Notes under the pieces: generated by a model
What the model saw: the letters and a program-made list of their open reading frames with translations, nothing else
The model's database searches: none
What the model was told of the DNA's origin: nothing
Made by a program: the position numbers and the translations under genes
Assembly (NCBI GenBank): GCA_000002445.1
Contig: CM000207.1
Span: forward strand, 928,001 to 992,000
Origin: Trypanosoma brucei
Taxonomy: Eukaryota
Direction of reading: 5' to 3'
Length of the DNA: 64,000 nt
Part shown: in pieces, positions 44,225-55,331 of the stretch
Layout: each line of letters begins with the position of its first letter
How positions within the stretch are numbered: the stretch's first letter is position 1

Positions 44225-47200
44225 ATGACCTCCCTTTTACCAGCGGCGGAGTCGCATGATGTGAGGAGCGTAGAAACTACTGATGTATCTTCCTCCTACA
44301 CAAACCCTGCAGGGGCACCACATGTATCTCCGTCCTCCTCCTCAACGGCGGAGAAGAAGAGCGTAGGAACCATGCTTTTTAGCAAGACACTCTTCAGTTT
44401 ACCCCCAGTCAGTTCAGTTCATCGTTGTCAGGAGGACGGATCCAACCGTACTCTTATGGCATTTCCAGTTGATGATAAACACCTACTCGTGGTTGTTGGT
44501 CCCAGTTCGGCTGCCAGTGACACCACCACGTCGCTGTACGTTGTGCGGCAGACTGTAGGAGGCTCCCAAACGTGTGGTCGAGTTTGCTTGCCCATTGCTA
44601 CCGTTTCGGGATGTGTACGGGACGAAAGCGGGCACAGCATTTCGCAACACGAGAAGAGGGGAAGTTTTTTGATGTCCGAACAATCTACCGATAACGTGGA
44701 CGGGGGTCGGTCACCTGACCGTTCCTCCCGGCTCATATCGCCCCTGGATGAGTCTGTTGATACCGGTTCAGTTGACAATGATAACAGCACCCCCCAAAAT
44801 AGGGTAGTTGGAGGAACGAATGCTTCTGATCAGGAGTTCACCAACAGACATAACCCGTCTCATGTATATTTAGTTGCCGATGCCGCGGGCCATGCCATTT
44901 GGGCGGTTGAAGTTAATACGGAGTCATTAGGGGCTCGTATTGTACCGGCTTGTTGCTACTGGGGGCAGTGTATGCATGACGGCAAAGTGGACGGTGTGAA
45001 AGCGTCGACACGAGGCCAGCACCAAAAAGGTTGTGTGGCGAGTGCGGTGCCACTTCTTGGGGGTTCTAAGGGGTTTGCTGATGGGCCGTTCCAGGTAGCG
45101 CGCTTCAACTCCCCTTCTTCACTCTGTTGGGGCGCCGATATGGAAGGTGGAAAAGGAAGAAAACCCCGAGAATGTGCCGTGCTGTTTGTGAGTGACGAGG
45201 GGAACCATGCCATAAGGCAAGTGGATCTTGAGAAGGCGCTGGTCCGCACCATTGCTGGTATTGGTGGTGTGTCTGGTTACCGTGACGGCGGGTACACTGC
45301 GTCGCAACTGCAACGTGCAGCAGTATTACTTTGGAGTTCTGCCGGGCTGCTGTTTGTTGACAAGCCAAACCGTGCTGTTCGACTGATCGCACAAACTGCT
45401 AGGGCGGAAGATGGTGACAGCGGGAACATCATGAAAAAGCCTCCACCACTCACCAGTGTCACAGCACCTGCTCATCCACATGTAGAGACTGAAGGAGACA
45501 AGAAGGAGAGGAGTAAGCAAGGGGAAGAAGTCTGCGAAGATGAAGTGCAAGTTTCTACAGTTGCTGGTGGGATTTCAAGTGGTGTGGCGACTCCGTTTGA
45601 TGACGATGACATCCGCTGCTCGTCCCTGGGAACTTCAACAGCTGCAGCAGTCATGCCAGACGGCAGTGGAATACTCTTCGCCGATGGAGGCAGTGGTGCA
45701 CTTCAGCTGCTCTCTTCACAGGGTATAAAAATGATAGTTTCTCCGCATGGGCACGGAAACTCCAGTGGCATTCCTCCTGGCTTGGTTGGTTGCACGCATC
45801 TTGTGGCTTGCAAATTAATTTTGCATTCGAGCGCCTCACCACACATTGCATTTCTCGCTAGCAGTGGGTCCAATCAAACAGTCTCAATGCTCGTCTTGCG
45901 TGGCGGAGCAGATGACGGTGGGATGACGAGTTTTAATTATGACGGCCACACTAATATGCTGCTGCAGTTCGCAGCAACCTCCGAGTTGCAAAGGGGTGTT
46001 CTGCGCAGATACAAGAAAGTTGAAAATAGGGCAGGCAGTGATTACCAGAGCACAAAAGTTTCCGCAACTGGGACGACGACTGCTAGTAATGATTGCCATG
46101 TCAAAAGGCTATTCGACGAAGCACTTGGTGATCTGGATGGAAATGTGACCCCGGCCACACAAACGGTACGAACATCACGCACTTCATGCGCTAAAGCGTT
46201 ACCTTGGAAAACTTCTTCGGGCGATCAGCAGTTGACCGACCGTACAGGAAGGGCTGCTGGACGAGTTCTAGATATTTATATGCGTTATGCTCGGCGCCTC
46301 ACACGACAACACATGGGGTTTGTAACATGCTCACCCAGATGCAAACACTACCTCCGTAATCTGTGGGGAGCCCGTTCACTTTCCTTGATTGGTTTTTGGC
46401 GGATGGTTACGCATGCTGGCTATTTTGCCACGTGTTCTGCACCCACAGCTCCCTTAATGTTTCCGTCGTGGGATGGGAGGTCACCAACAAGAGATGCGAG
46501 AAGACAAAAGGGCAACAGTGTTCTTCACTTGAATCTATGTGACTGGCGCATTGCCCTCGAGCTTTTGTATGAGTGGAGTATCCGCAGACATGGACATCAC
46601 GTCGTCTCCCTAATGGAACCAGCCTATTTTTCTCGAGTGCTTGTACTGCTATATCGATGGAGGGGAAGCATGCAGCAGCAGCCGACAACGCAACAAGGTG
46701 AAGAGGGTGTGTTGTTAAGCCCCGAGTGGTTCGCCGATGGTTTATTTGATGAAAATGATAGCGAGGTGGTGGTCGCTGCGCACGAAGATTTCCTCAGTCG
46801 CATAAAGAATGCGAAGGAGTTGCTGCGCGGGGCAGCGAAGGCTCGTGGGGGCGATGGGAGGCAACAGGAGGGTGATGAAGTGAAGATTCTAGGGGATGAG
46901 ACGCTGCAACTCCTCCTGCTCAATGAAGGTCCACTAAGACAACTGTTTAATGCCTACGGTAAAACGACATTCATCACCACGAGGTCAACGGTATCGCATG
47001 ACTCGACGAAGAAACCGATTCTTGCGATGCTCCGGCTAAGACAGTCATTGAATATTGGTCAAGAATATGACAAAGTTCCGTTGGACCATGTGGTTGGGAT
47101 GCCTTACAAAGAATTCAGGAGGCTTTTCTTTACAATGGGTGTTTTCCCCACCCTTATTACAGAGTCATTACTTCGGCGCGCTTTTGTAGACTCCCTAATG

Positions 47201-47662
47201 ACACCTTTGTTCCGTAGCATCCAGATGGAGATCCCGTCAGAAACAACGAGTAACAAGTGTAAAAAGACCAAAGGAGGTTCAGGGTCAAACGAAATTAAAC
47301 CGAAGGGAGGAATACATCAGTACGTCGATCGGTCACCTTGTAATGTGCAACGATACGTCTCCGACAACGTCGAGCTTTCTTTTCTTATTTTTGTTGAGGC
47401 ATTCACTCGAGTCGCTCTAACGATATTTTCACTCTGTCCCGAACACGACAGGAGGGCATACCCAACCGCTGCTGCGAAGGTGGAGGCTCTCATGCGCTGG
47501 ATCAACCGCTCTGTTGAACTTCACCACACGCGGGAGTGCGATACGTTATTCCATATCGGTTCTCAAAAGGGTGTGGCGCCGCCGGTATCGTATACGTTGC
47601 GGCAACTCAATCGGCCGTTTCCTGCTTTTATATTGAACGGTATAACCTCTACAACCAAATGA
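44225..47662 (+). CDS. Large hypothetical protein (~1145 aa) with probable NHL-type beta-propeller repeats in the N-terminal third
   Basis: Repeated motifs of the NHL kind (GFADGPFQVARFNSPSSLCW..., LFVSDEGNHAIRQVDL, ADAAGHAIWAVEV, LLFVDKPNRAVRLIA). The rest is unassigned. The track ORF starts at GTG 44216. The first ATG is 44225. Confidence 0.4.
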   Translation: MTSLLPAAESHDVRSVETTDVSSSYTNPAGAPHVSPSSSSTAEKKSVGTMLFSKTLFSLPPVSSVHRCQEDGSNRTLMAFPVDDKHLLVVVGPSSAASDTTTSLYVVRQTVGGSQTCGRVCLPIATVSGCVRDESGHSISQHEKRGSFLMSEQSTDNVDGGRSPDRSSRLISPLDESVDTGSVDNDNSTPQNRVVGGTNASDQEFTNRHNPSHVYLVADAAGHAIWAVEVNTESLGARIVPACCYWGQCMHDGKVDGVKASTRGQHQKGCVASAVPLLGGSKGFADGPFQVARFNSPSSLCWGADMEGGKGRKPRECAVLFVSDEGNHAIRQVDLEKALVRTIAGIGGVSGYRDGGYTASQLQRAAVLLWSSAGLLFVDKPNRAVRLIAQTARAEDGDSGNIMKKPPPLTSVTAPAHPHVETEGDKKERSKQGEEVCEDEVQVSTVAGGISSGVATPFDDDDIRCSSLGTSTAAAVMPDGSGILFADGGSGALQLLSSQGIKMIVSPHGHGNSSGIPPGLVGCTHLVACKLILHSSASPHIAFLASSGSNQTVSMLVLRGGADDGGMTSFNYDGHTNMLLQFAATSELQRGVLRRYKKVENRAGSDYQSTKVSATGTTTASNDCHVKRLFDEALGDLDGNVTPATQTVRTSRTSCAKALPWKTSSGDQQLTDRTGRAAGRVLDIYMRYARRLTRQHMGFVTCSPRCKHYLRNLWGARSLSLIGFWRMVTHAGYFATCSAPTAPLMFPSWDGRSPTRDARRQKGNSVLHLNLCDWRIALELLYEWSIRRHGHHVVSLMEPAYFSRVLVLLYRWRGSMQQQPTTQQGEEGVLLSPEWFADGLFDENDSEVVVAAHEDFLSRIKNAKELLRGAAKARGGDGRQQEGDEVKILGDETLQLLLLNEGPLRQLFNAYGKTTFITTRSTVSHDSTKKPILAMLRLRQSLNIGQEYDKVPLDHVVGMPYKEFRRLFFTMGVFPTLITESLLRRAFVDSLMTPLFRSIQMEIPSETTSNKCKKTKGGSGSNEIKPKGGIHQYVDRSPCNVQRYVSDNVELSFLIFVEAFTRVALTIFSLCPEHDRRAYPTAAAKVEALMRWINRSVELHHTRECDTLFHIGSQKGVAPPVSYTLRQLNRPFPAFILNGITSTTK

Positions 47663-48115
47663 AGCCCTACCATCAAGTACGAGTTTGCGGTACACAAATA
47701 TGAGGCCGTGTTGCTACACTTTTTGGCAAATGCTCACAAGAAAACATAAGTAAAATGTGTCTTTCTGTAAGCGTTGTTGGCTGCAGCACCCACTACATGG
47801 TATCCTCGGCATCCGGGAGAGTGGAGCAGGTTACGGGCACGGCTAATCCTGTTTCTACCAAACTATGACACTCCCCTTCACTCTTTGTTTCTTGTATTAA
47901 TTTTCCCGTGAGTGCACGTATATTTATATCCACTCGTCTTAATTATCGGCAAATTGGTATTCCTCCCATTTCTACAGACGAATAGCAACCACCACTAGCG
48001 AACAAAAAAAAAAGGCAACAGTTTTACAACCAGAAAAAAACCATACTACCGACAGCAATTTTTGTGTTGAGTAAGCACTCACAACATCTACCAGAGCACA
48101 CGAAACAAAAAAGAT

Positions 48116-49330
48116 ATGGGCTTCGGATCATCAAAACCCAAGAACAAGCCGTCCAAAGCTGATTCAAAGAATTCTCCATCAGATCCAACGGGGGCAGGAA
48201 ATAATGATTTGGAAAAGGCCTTTGCGAAACTGCAGGCTGCAAAGGACTGCCACTCGCTGTTGAAGAAACATCTGACAAGTGATGTCTTCAAGAAGCTAAA
48301 GGACAAGAAGACGAAGTTGGGTGCTACCTTACTTGATGTCATTCAATCTGGTGTACAGAACCTCGATTCCGGTGTTGGTTTATATGCACCAGACGCAGAA
48401 GCCTACACTGTGTTTGCCGACCTCTTCGATCCCGTCATTGAGGATTACCACAACGGCTTTAAGGTAACGGACAAACAACCACCAAAGGACTTCGGTGACT
48501 TAAATACGCTGGTTGACGTTGATCCGGAAGGTAAATATGTTATTTCCACCCGTGTGCGCTGTGGCCGCAGTCTCGCCGGTTACCCATTCAACCCATGCCT
48601 AACGAAGGAGCAGTACGAGGAAATGGAGTCACGTGTGCGGGAACAACTGAGCACAATGACAGATGATCTGCAAGGTACTTATTATCCGCTTTCTGGCATG
48701 ACGAAAGAAACACAACAGCAGCTAATTGATGACCACTTCCTCTTCAAGGAGGGCGATCGTTTCCTGCAAGCTGCCCGCGCATGCGAGTATTGGCCAACTG
48801 GTCGTGGTATCTACCATAACAATGACAAGACATTCCTCGTGTGGGTGAATGAAGAGGACCACCTGCGCATCATTTCCATGCAGAAGGGCGGGAACTTGAA
48901 GGAGGTCTTCGGCCGTCTTGTGAAGGCAGTGAACACCATTGAAGAGAAGGTGGAGTTTTCTCGTGATGACCGACTTGGTTTCCTGACGTTCTGCCCCTCG
49001 AACCTCGGCACGACGATCCGCGCAAGTGTGCACATCAAATTACCGAAACTTGGTGCTGATCGCGCTAAACTTGAGGAGGTTGCTGCAAAATATAACCTGC
49101 AGGTACGTGGAACAGCTGGTGAGCACTCTGACAGCCCTGACGGAATTTATGATATCAGCAACAAGCGCCGCCTCGGCCTATCGGAGTATGAAGCCGTAAA
49201 GGAAATGCAAGACGGTATCCTTGAGCTCATCAAACTGGAGCAATCCGATGATGCAGAGGGGAACGGAGGTGCTGACGCTGCTGGGCCAGATGATGGCGTA
49301 GACGGTGTAGCCACGAATGAAAATGAATAA
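48116..49330 (+). CDS. AK1: Arginine kinase, paralogue with N- and C-terminal extensions (404 aa). The N-terminus MGFGSSK fits an N-myristoylation-type start. This is the flagellar isoform in T. brucei.
   Basis: Phosphagen (ATP:guanidino) kinase signature CPSNLGT. Nucleotide-binding arginines. Differs from AK2 and AK3 by about 30 extra N-terminal and about 22 extra C-terminal residues. Confidence 0.9.
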   Translation: MGFGSSKPKNKPSKADSKNSPSDPTGAGNNDLEKAFAKLQAAKDCHSLLKKHLTSDVFKKLKDKKTKLGATLLDVIQSGVQNLDSGVGLYAPDAEAYTVFADLFDPVIEDYHNGFKVTDKQPPKDFGDLNTLVDVDPEGKYVISTRVRCGRSLAGYPFNPCLTKEQYEEMESRVREQLSTMTDDLQGTYYPLSGMTKETQQQLIDDHFLFKEGDRFLQAARACEYWPTGRGIYHNNDKTFLVWVNEEDHLRIISMQKGGNLKEVFGRLVKAVNTIEEKVEFSRDDRLGFLTFCPSNLGTTIRASVHIKLPKLGADRAKLEEVAAKYNLQVRGTAGEHSDSPDGIYDISNKRRLGLSEYEAVKEMQDGILELIKLEQSDDAEGNGGADAAGPDDGVDGVATNENE

Positions 49331-50505
49331 TCTGGTGAGGGTGATGCATTGTTCTATTCAGGCAAGTAGGACATTACTTTTACTTCGGTATTGATTTTCC
49401 TTCTTTTGTTTTTTCGGTGTTTTTGATTGGACAAGGTAAATTATTAGATAGGGTAGCATGTGATGATTCCTACTCCTTATATTTTCTAAAAAAGAAAGAA
49501 GTTTCTTTCCCCTTTGATTTTTATTTTTGCCCTCCCCTTTCTTTTTCCCATTTTTTTCTTATGTTTATATTTAATATAAAAACTGCATCAATGTATTATG
49601 TATATACCTTTATATCAATGTATTTATTAACTTTTTAATGATGCAAGAGATCATGACATAATGGGAAAATGGTGTGGGGGAGAACGGGTCGGGATGGAAG
49701 GGGGAGGTACTTGTGTATAGAGAGAGATTTTGTAGGGTTGTTCACTGATAAAGCAACGTTTTCAGACGAGCGCCATCCCAATAGTACTCTTTTTTGGATA
49801 TTCTCCTTACTCTTTCCTTTTAATCTTTTTTTATTTTTATTTTTTTCCTCTGGCCTGTTATTGTAGCTGGTGCTCCGTCCTTCTGTCGTCTACCATCCTT
49901 ATTTTTTGTCCCCTAATTCTTCCTTGGTCCTGCAAATTTAACGGATTTCCCCACCACCTAGTTGAAGAGTACCCAAAGCACGTCTCGCAATGATCCAGGG
50001 AATAAAAGATGACAGGTGAAAGAGAAGCCGTGAGAATCTCTATCTGAAGTCCAGAGGGATAAACATGTGTGCAGATGCGCGTTATTCTCAAGAGAGTATG
50101 GAACTACTCATCCACTCGTCATACATTCTTGTGCTCCGGCGCAAACCAAAAAAAAAAATTATTGCTGCCACTCTTTGATTTGTGGCGTGGGCAAAGTCAT
50201 TGAAGCCACACAAACCGCTGGATGTTAAAACAGTATTGACATTGGAAACAGAAACGCATAACTACAGGACGGACAACAAAGAAGTTAAAAAAATGAAAAA
50301 GTAAAGAAAGGACCGGTTCCCGCTTTTGATTATTCCTAACGCTGAGGATCACAACGCACCATCTTTAACAGCACGTCCCCTAACTTTAACTTCATTTTCT
50401 TCTTTTCTCTTTTATGTGCGTCCCTTTAATCAAAGCTGAACAGCTGTTCTTGTTGCACTATCACAAAAACAGCGAGTATCTACCAAACAAGAAAAAAAAT
50501 TAAAG

Positions 50506-51618
50506 ATGGCTACCCGCGACGTTGCTGCCGAGTTGGAAAAGGCCTTTGCGAAACTGCAGGCTGCAAAGGACTGCCACTCGCTGTTGAAGAAACATCTGAC
50601 AAGTGATGTCTTCAAGAAGCTAAAGGACAAGAAGACGAAGTTGGGTGCTACCTTACTTGATGTCATTCAATCTGGTGTACAGAACCTCGATTCCGGTGTT
50701 GGTTTATATGCACCAGACGCAGAAGCCTACACTGTGTTTGCCGACCTCTTCGATCCCGTCATTGAGGATTACCACAACGGCTTTAAGGTAACGGACAAAC
50801 AACCACCAAAGGACTTCGGTGACTTAAATACGCTGGTTGACGTTGATCCGGAAGGTAAATATGTTATTTCCACCCGTGTGCGCTGTGGCCGCAGTCTCGC
50901 CGGTTACCCATTCAACCCATGCCTAACGAAGGAGCAGTACGAGGAAATGGAGTCACGTGTGCGGGAACAACTGAGCACAATGACAGATGATCTGCAAGGT
51001 ACTTATTATCCGCTTTCTGGCATGACGAAAGAAACACAACAGCAGCTAATTGATGACCACTTCCTCTTCAAGGAGGGCGATCGTTTCCTGCAAGCTGCCC
51101 GCGCATGCGAGTATTGGCCAACTGGTCGTGGTATCTACCATAACAATGACAAGACATTCCTCGTGTGGGTGAATGAAGAGGACCACCTGCGCATCATTTC
51201 CATGCAGAAGGGCGGGAACTTGAAGGAGGTCTTCAGCCGTCTTGTGAAGGCAGTGAACATCATTGAAGAGAAGGTGGAGTTTTCTCGTGATGATCGACTT
51301 GGTTTCCTGACGTTCTGCCCCTCGAACCTCGGCACGACGATCCGCGCAAGTGTGCACATCAAATTACCGAAACTTGGTGCTGATCGCGCTAAACTTGAGG
51401 AGGTTGCTGCAAAATATAACCTGCAGGTACGTGGAACAGCTGGTGAGCACTCTGACAGCCCTGACGGAATTTATGATATCAGCAACAAGCGCCGCCTCGG
51501 CCTATCGGAGTATGAAGCCGTAAAGGAAATGCAAGACGGTATCCTTGAGCTCATCAAACTGGAGAATCGGGCTGTCGTAACCGATGGCGCCAAACCATTT
51601 GTTGGTTCGAACTTGTAG
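50506..51618 (+). CDS. AK2: Arginine kinase paralogue (370 aa) with a C-terminal extension ending -SNL. This is a PTS1-like tripeptide and marks the glycosomal isoform.
   Basis: Core identical or near-identical to AK1 and AK3. The unique C-terminus is ...[17 protein letters not shown]. Confidence 0.9.
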   Translation: MATRDVAAELEKAFAKLQAAKDCHSLLKKHLTSDVFKKLKDKKTKLGATLLDVIQSGVQNLDSGVGLYAPDAEAYTVFADLFDPVIEDYHNGFKVTDKQPPKDFGDLNTLVDVDPEGKYVISTRVRCGRSLAGYPFNPCLTKEQYEEMESRVREQLSTMTDDLQGTYYPLSGMTKETQQQLIDDHFLFKEGDRFLQAARACEYWPTGRGIYHNNDKTFLVWVNEEDHLRIISMQKGGNLKEVFSRLVKAVNIIEEKVEFSRDDRLGFLTFCPSNLGTTIRASVHIKLPKLGADRAKLEEVAAKYNLQVRGTAGEHSDSPDGIYDISNKRRLGLSEYEAVKEMQDGILELIKLENRAVVTDGAKPFVGSNL

Positions 51619-52314
51619 GGTTCTTTCCTTTCTTTCATACATTTCCCCTCTTAATTTTCTTCTTTGTTGACCTTTTTGCTTTATTTGCTGCTGATATCAT
51701 TGTTATGGTCTTTTTTAAAATTTTGGAAACGTAATTAGGTGATGATTGCCTTTGCTTCCGGTGGCTCCACTACTTGCTGAGTGACTTGATTGTTGTTACT
51801 TGTATTTTTTAAAAAAATGTGTTGGAAGATGCGTATGCGTGTATGTGCATGTGTTCTTCACTGTAGCACCATGCTGGTCTACTCCGCATAATTCTACGTT
51901 GGGGGAAGAAGTTGAGGCACGTGAAAGAATTTGTGAAGTTATTGGTGTGTACAAGTAAAAGGATTCAGAACAGGGGCCTGTATGGGGGGGGGGGGGTGAA
52001 CGCGTGTCCACGCCACTGTTGCCGAAGTGTCTGCCCTGCTCTTCTACCAAATTTCCTGAATCGTATTTGTGTCGAACTGCTGTACGCAACTGTTCCGATT
52101 ACGCTTTTCGAATCCTCTCTTGTTAGTGTGTCTGATGTAGAACTATTCCATTGTTTTGTTGCTAACATATTATTATTATTATTATTATTTTTGCGATTTG
52201 TCATATATACGAAATTTTTTTCTTTTCATGCTTCTCCTCTGGTACGGGTAAGGGCACTAGGCAAGTGCAAGACCATTGCAAGTGGCATTTCAGGTTTGCG
52301 ACTCGCAGTGGGCT

Positions 52315-53841
52315 ATGTTTTGTTGCACCTTCACTCAAGCCTGCCGTGCCCAACCTGGTGGCGTACCCCGACTAGATGTGAGTACTGTCAAAAGAATGTT
52401 CCCTCCAGCGCAGGTAGCGCAATGGCCGCCGGGATATCTTCCGGCGTGTGGCGTCGCACACTTCCTGAGCCCCGATGGCGTCCCACTTGCTGATGTGATT
52501 GATTGCCACCGCGACATGAGGGCAGACCGCCGTTGCCAGCTTCAGCGGGATTTTGCTGCAGATTATACGATGTGGTGCCGGGCAACATTAATGGACTTTG
52601 TACGTCGCCTTAACGAGAGGGACCGACGTCGCATGAAGCGTTTTTGTATGCGCGACCGAACGATGCATGATGCTGAAGTCCGCGAGTTGCTCGGTCTTGC
52701 CCCATACGTAGCCCCACGAGCACAACCGTCGCAGGAAACTGTCGGTACTAGCGCGGCACCCAAATGGGGGAGTTGTTACGAATTCACCCCTTTTGCTGTG
52801 ACACAAGGTCACGCCATGCTTCCCGTGTCGCAGTGCAACGGGTCGGACGCACGTATGTACTTATCAACATTCCCACAGATAAGAAACATCATGCATACAG
52901 AGTTCGACAGCATGGGGCCCGCACGTGCCATAGCACTTCTCTCCGGTGATGATTTCTTTCCGACAGCTGAGTGTCTTCAGGAACTGGTGTTGTACCTCCG
53001 GAGCCGGGTGGGCGAAATTATCGCTGCGGAAAAGGCATTTCGCGGTTCCTCTCTGTTCACTGAGCGCGGTAGGGATGCCAATGACGGAGACCAGCATGAG
53101 GCCGATGCCGGTCAACCGTTCTCTCTTGATACACCTGTTGTTTCTTTTTTTGGTAACGGGCGTCTGGCGTGGTTATTAAACAACAGCGGCCTCCTCCCTT
53201 TCCCTGTGGTGCCTGTGCAACCGCCCGAGTACGCCGCGAGAAGACAGCGCCGCAACAAACATTTGCTCTCCCGTGATGGGTTTGTTTCAGAATTATTTGG
53301 GCATGGAGTACTTCCTGAAAGCTTCACTACCGTGTTTCCTTGCGAGACAATCACCGTCCCTGATGCCCTTCGCAAGTACCGCCCGTGTGTTGTGCTTGTG
53401 GAGCCGCATGTCGATAGGGACTGGTTGTGCGATCTCCGCGGGTTTTATACAACGAGGGAGGTGGTGTTGCTCGGGTCCGTAGACTCGCCAGCGATGTGCT
53501 CGTTTGGTTTTCCTTTTTTGTCTTTCGGCGTTATGGCCGGGCCCACTACCTATTGGGCATACAATGAGGCATTACAACGAGTGTCAGCAGCCGAGAGAAT
53601 TCAAATGCCTGTGGATCCACCACACGTGTCACAGGGCTATGCACGCCGTCCAATCGACAATATATCGTCCTACCTGATTTCTCCAAACGACTGCTATGCG
53701 TTTAGCTACCAGCATCGATGTCTTTCCTTCATTCGCAAGGAATACCCTATTTCCAGAGGGCGGTGCACAGAAGCAATATGCAACACGTCACCAGAGCTTT
53801 GTCCCTCGAATATGGTTGCCGGTGAGAAGCACCAAATATGA
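52315..53841 (+). CDS. Hypothetical protein (~508 aa from the first ATG; the track ORF is 521 aa from a non-ATG codon) embedded between AK2 and AK3. No recognisable domain.
   Basis: Long ORF on the coding strand, flanked by polypyrimidine tracts. Cys- and Arg-rich. The start codon is uncertain. Confidence 0.4.
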   Translation: MFCCTFTQACRAQPGGVPRLDVSTVKRMFPPAQVAQWPPGYLPACGVAHFLSPDGVPLADVIDCHRDMRADRRCQLQRDFAADYTMWCRATLMDFVRRLNERDRRRMKRFCMRDRTMHDAEVRELLGLAPYVAPRAQPSQETVGTSAAPKWGSCYEFTPFAVTQGHAMLPVSQCNGSDARMYLSTFPQIRNIMHTEFDSMGPARAIALLSGDDFFPTAECLQELVLYLRSRVGEIIAAEKAFRGSSLFTERGRDANDGDQHEADAGQPFSLDTPVVSFFGNGRLAWLLNNSGLLPFPVVPVQPPEYAARRQRRNKHLLSRDGFVSELFGHGVLPESFTTVFPCETITVPDALRKYRPCVVLVEPHVDRDWLCDLRGFYTTREVVLLGSVDSPAMCSFGFPFLSFGVMAGPTTYWAYNEALQRVSAAERIQMPVDPPHVSQGYARRPIDNISSYLISPNDCYAFSYQHRCLSFIRKEYPISRGRCTEAICNTSPELCPSNMVAGEKHQI

Positions 53842-54260
53842 GTTTCACGGGGCATCAAAACTATAAAACACCAAAAAGTATCGACTTTTCATTAGCCCCT
53901 CTCCCAGTAATCCGTGCATTTTTTTTTTTGATACACCTGTCAATTAATGCGTGTTTCCGGTACCACATCGGGTGACAGTCATCGAATAAAACTGGCGATG
54001 CAAGTGACGGGATATTCTTCATTCACCGGCCGTACCCAAAGCGACTAAAGAAAAGAAGTTATAGCGGCAATGTGGCAAAAAAAAACAACTAAAGTCTAGA
54101 AAGCACAAAAAAATTTAACCACTGCATGTTGAAAAGTGTGGATTAACTTAACGTTTGTTCAGCGCGTATGTTCCCTCCTTTTCCTACTGCAACGCCACCG
54201 TTTTTATTAGTTTCTACGAAAAGCTAACAAATATCTACCAAACAAGAAAAAAAATTAAAG

Positions 54261-55331
54261 ATGGCTACCCGCGACGTTGCTGCCGAGTTGGAAAAGGCCT
54301 TTGCGAAACTGCAGGCTGCAAAGGACTGCCACTCGCTGTTGAAGAAATATCTGACAAGTGATGTCTTCAAGAAGCTAAAGGACAAGAAGACGAAGTTGGG
54401 TGCTACCTTACTTGATGTCATTCAATCTGGTGTACAGAACCTCGATTCCGGTGTTGGTTTATATGCACCAGACGCAGAAGCCTACACTGTGTTTGCCGAC
54501 CTCTTCGATCCCGTCATTGAGGATTACCACAACGGCTTTAAGGTAACGGACAAACAACCACCAAAGGACTTCGGTGACTTAAATACGCTGGTTGACGTTG
54601 ATCCGGAAGGTAAATATGTTATTTCCACCCGTGTGCGCTGTGGCCGCAGTCTCGCCGGTTACCCATTCAACCCATGCCTAACGAAGGAGCAGTACGAGGA
54701 AATGGAGTCACGTGTGCGGGAACAACTGAGCACAATGACAGATGATCTGCAAGGTACTTATTATCCGCTTTCTGGCATGACGAAAGAAACACAACAGCAG
54801 CTAATTGATGACCACTTCCTCTTCAAGGAGGGCGATCGTTTCCTGCAAGCTGCCCGCGCATGCGAGTATTGGCCAACTGGTCGTGGTATCTACCATAACA
54901 ATGACAAGACATTCCTCGTGTGGGTGAATGAAGAGGACCACCTGCGTATCATTTCCATGCAGAAGGGCGGGAACTTGAAGGAGGTCTTCGGCCGTCTTGT
55001 GAAGGCAGTGAACACCATTGAAAAAAAGGTGGAGTTCTCTCGTGATGATCGACTTGGTTTCCTGACGTTCTGCCCCTCGAACCTCGGCACGACGATCCGC
55101 GCAAGTGTGCACATCAAATTACCGAAACTTGGTGCTGATCGCGCTAAACTTGAGGAGGTTGCTGCAAAATATAACCTGCAGGTACGTGGAACAGCTGGTG
55201 AGCACTCTGACAGCCCTGACGGAATTTATGATATCAGCAACAAGCGCCGCCTCGGCCTATCGGAGTATGAAGCCGTAAAGGAAATGCAAGACGGTATCCT
55301 TGAGCTCATCAAACTGGAGAAGTCGAAGTAG
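54261..55331 (+). CDS. AK3: Arginine kinase paralogue without extensions (356 aa), the cytosolic-type isoform
   Basis: Same core as AK1 and AK2. Ends ...IKLEKSK directly after the conserved domain. Shares a 5' flank with AK2 (atctaccaaacaagaaaaaaaattaaag ATG). Confidence 0.9.
   Translation: MATRDVAAELEKAFAKLQAAKDCHSLLKKYLTSDVFKKLKDKKTKLGATLLDVIQSGVQNLDSGVGLYAPDAEAYTVFADLFDPVIEDYHNGFKVTDKQPPKDFGDLNTLVDVDPEGKYVISTRVRCGRSLAGYPFNPCLTKEQYEEMESRVREQLSTMTDDLQGTYYPLSGMTKETQQQLIDDHFLFKEGDRFLQAARACEYWPTGRGIYHNNDKTFLVWVNEEDHLRIISMQKGGNLKEVFGRLVKAVNTIEKKVEFSRDDRLGFLTFCPSNLGTTIRASVHIKLPKLGADRAKLEEVAAKYNLQVRGTAGEHSDSPDGIYDISNKRRLGLSEYEAVKEMQDGILELIKLEKSK

Noticed and set aside
51600-51615. ggttcgaac, a tRNA T-arm-like motif
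   Set aside because: It lies inside the AK2 C-terminal coding sequence (…VGSNL). No acceptor or anticodon stems can be built around it. No tRNA-like cloverleaf was found anywhere else in the window.
52270-52745. When I hand-counted bases, the 521-aa ORF start (52276) and the ABCG ATG (56637) appeared shifted by one base relative to the ORF track. One codon boundary near 52740 also seemed to have an extra g.
   Set aside because: This is most likely my own counting error across 60-column lines. The supplied ORF track was computed from the real sequence, and its ends and frames are internally consistent. I use track coordinates and do not claim a frameshift.
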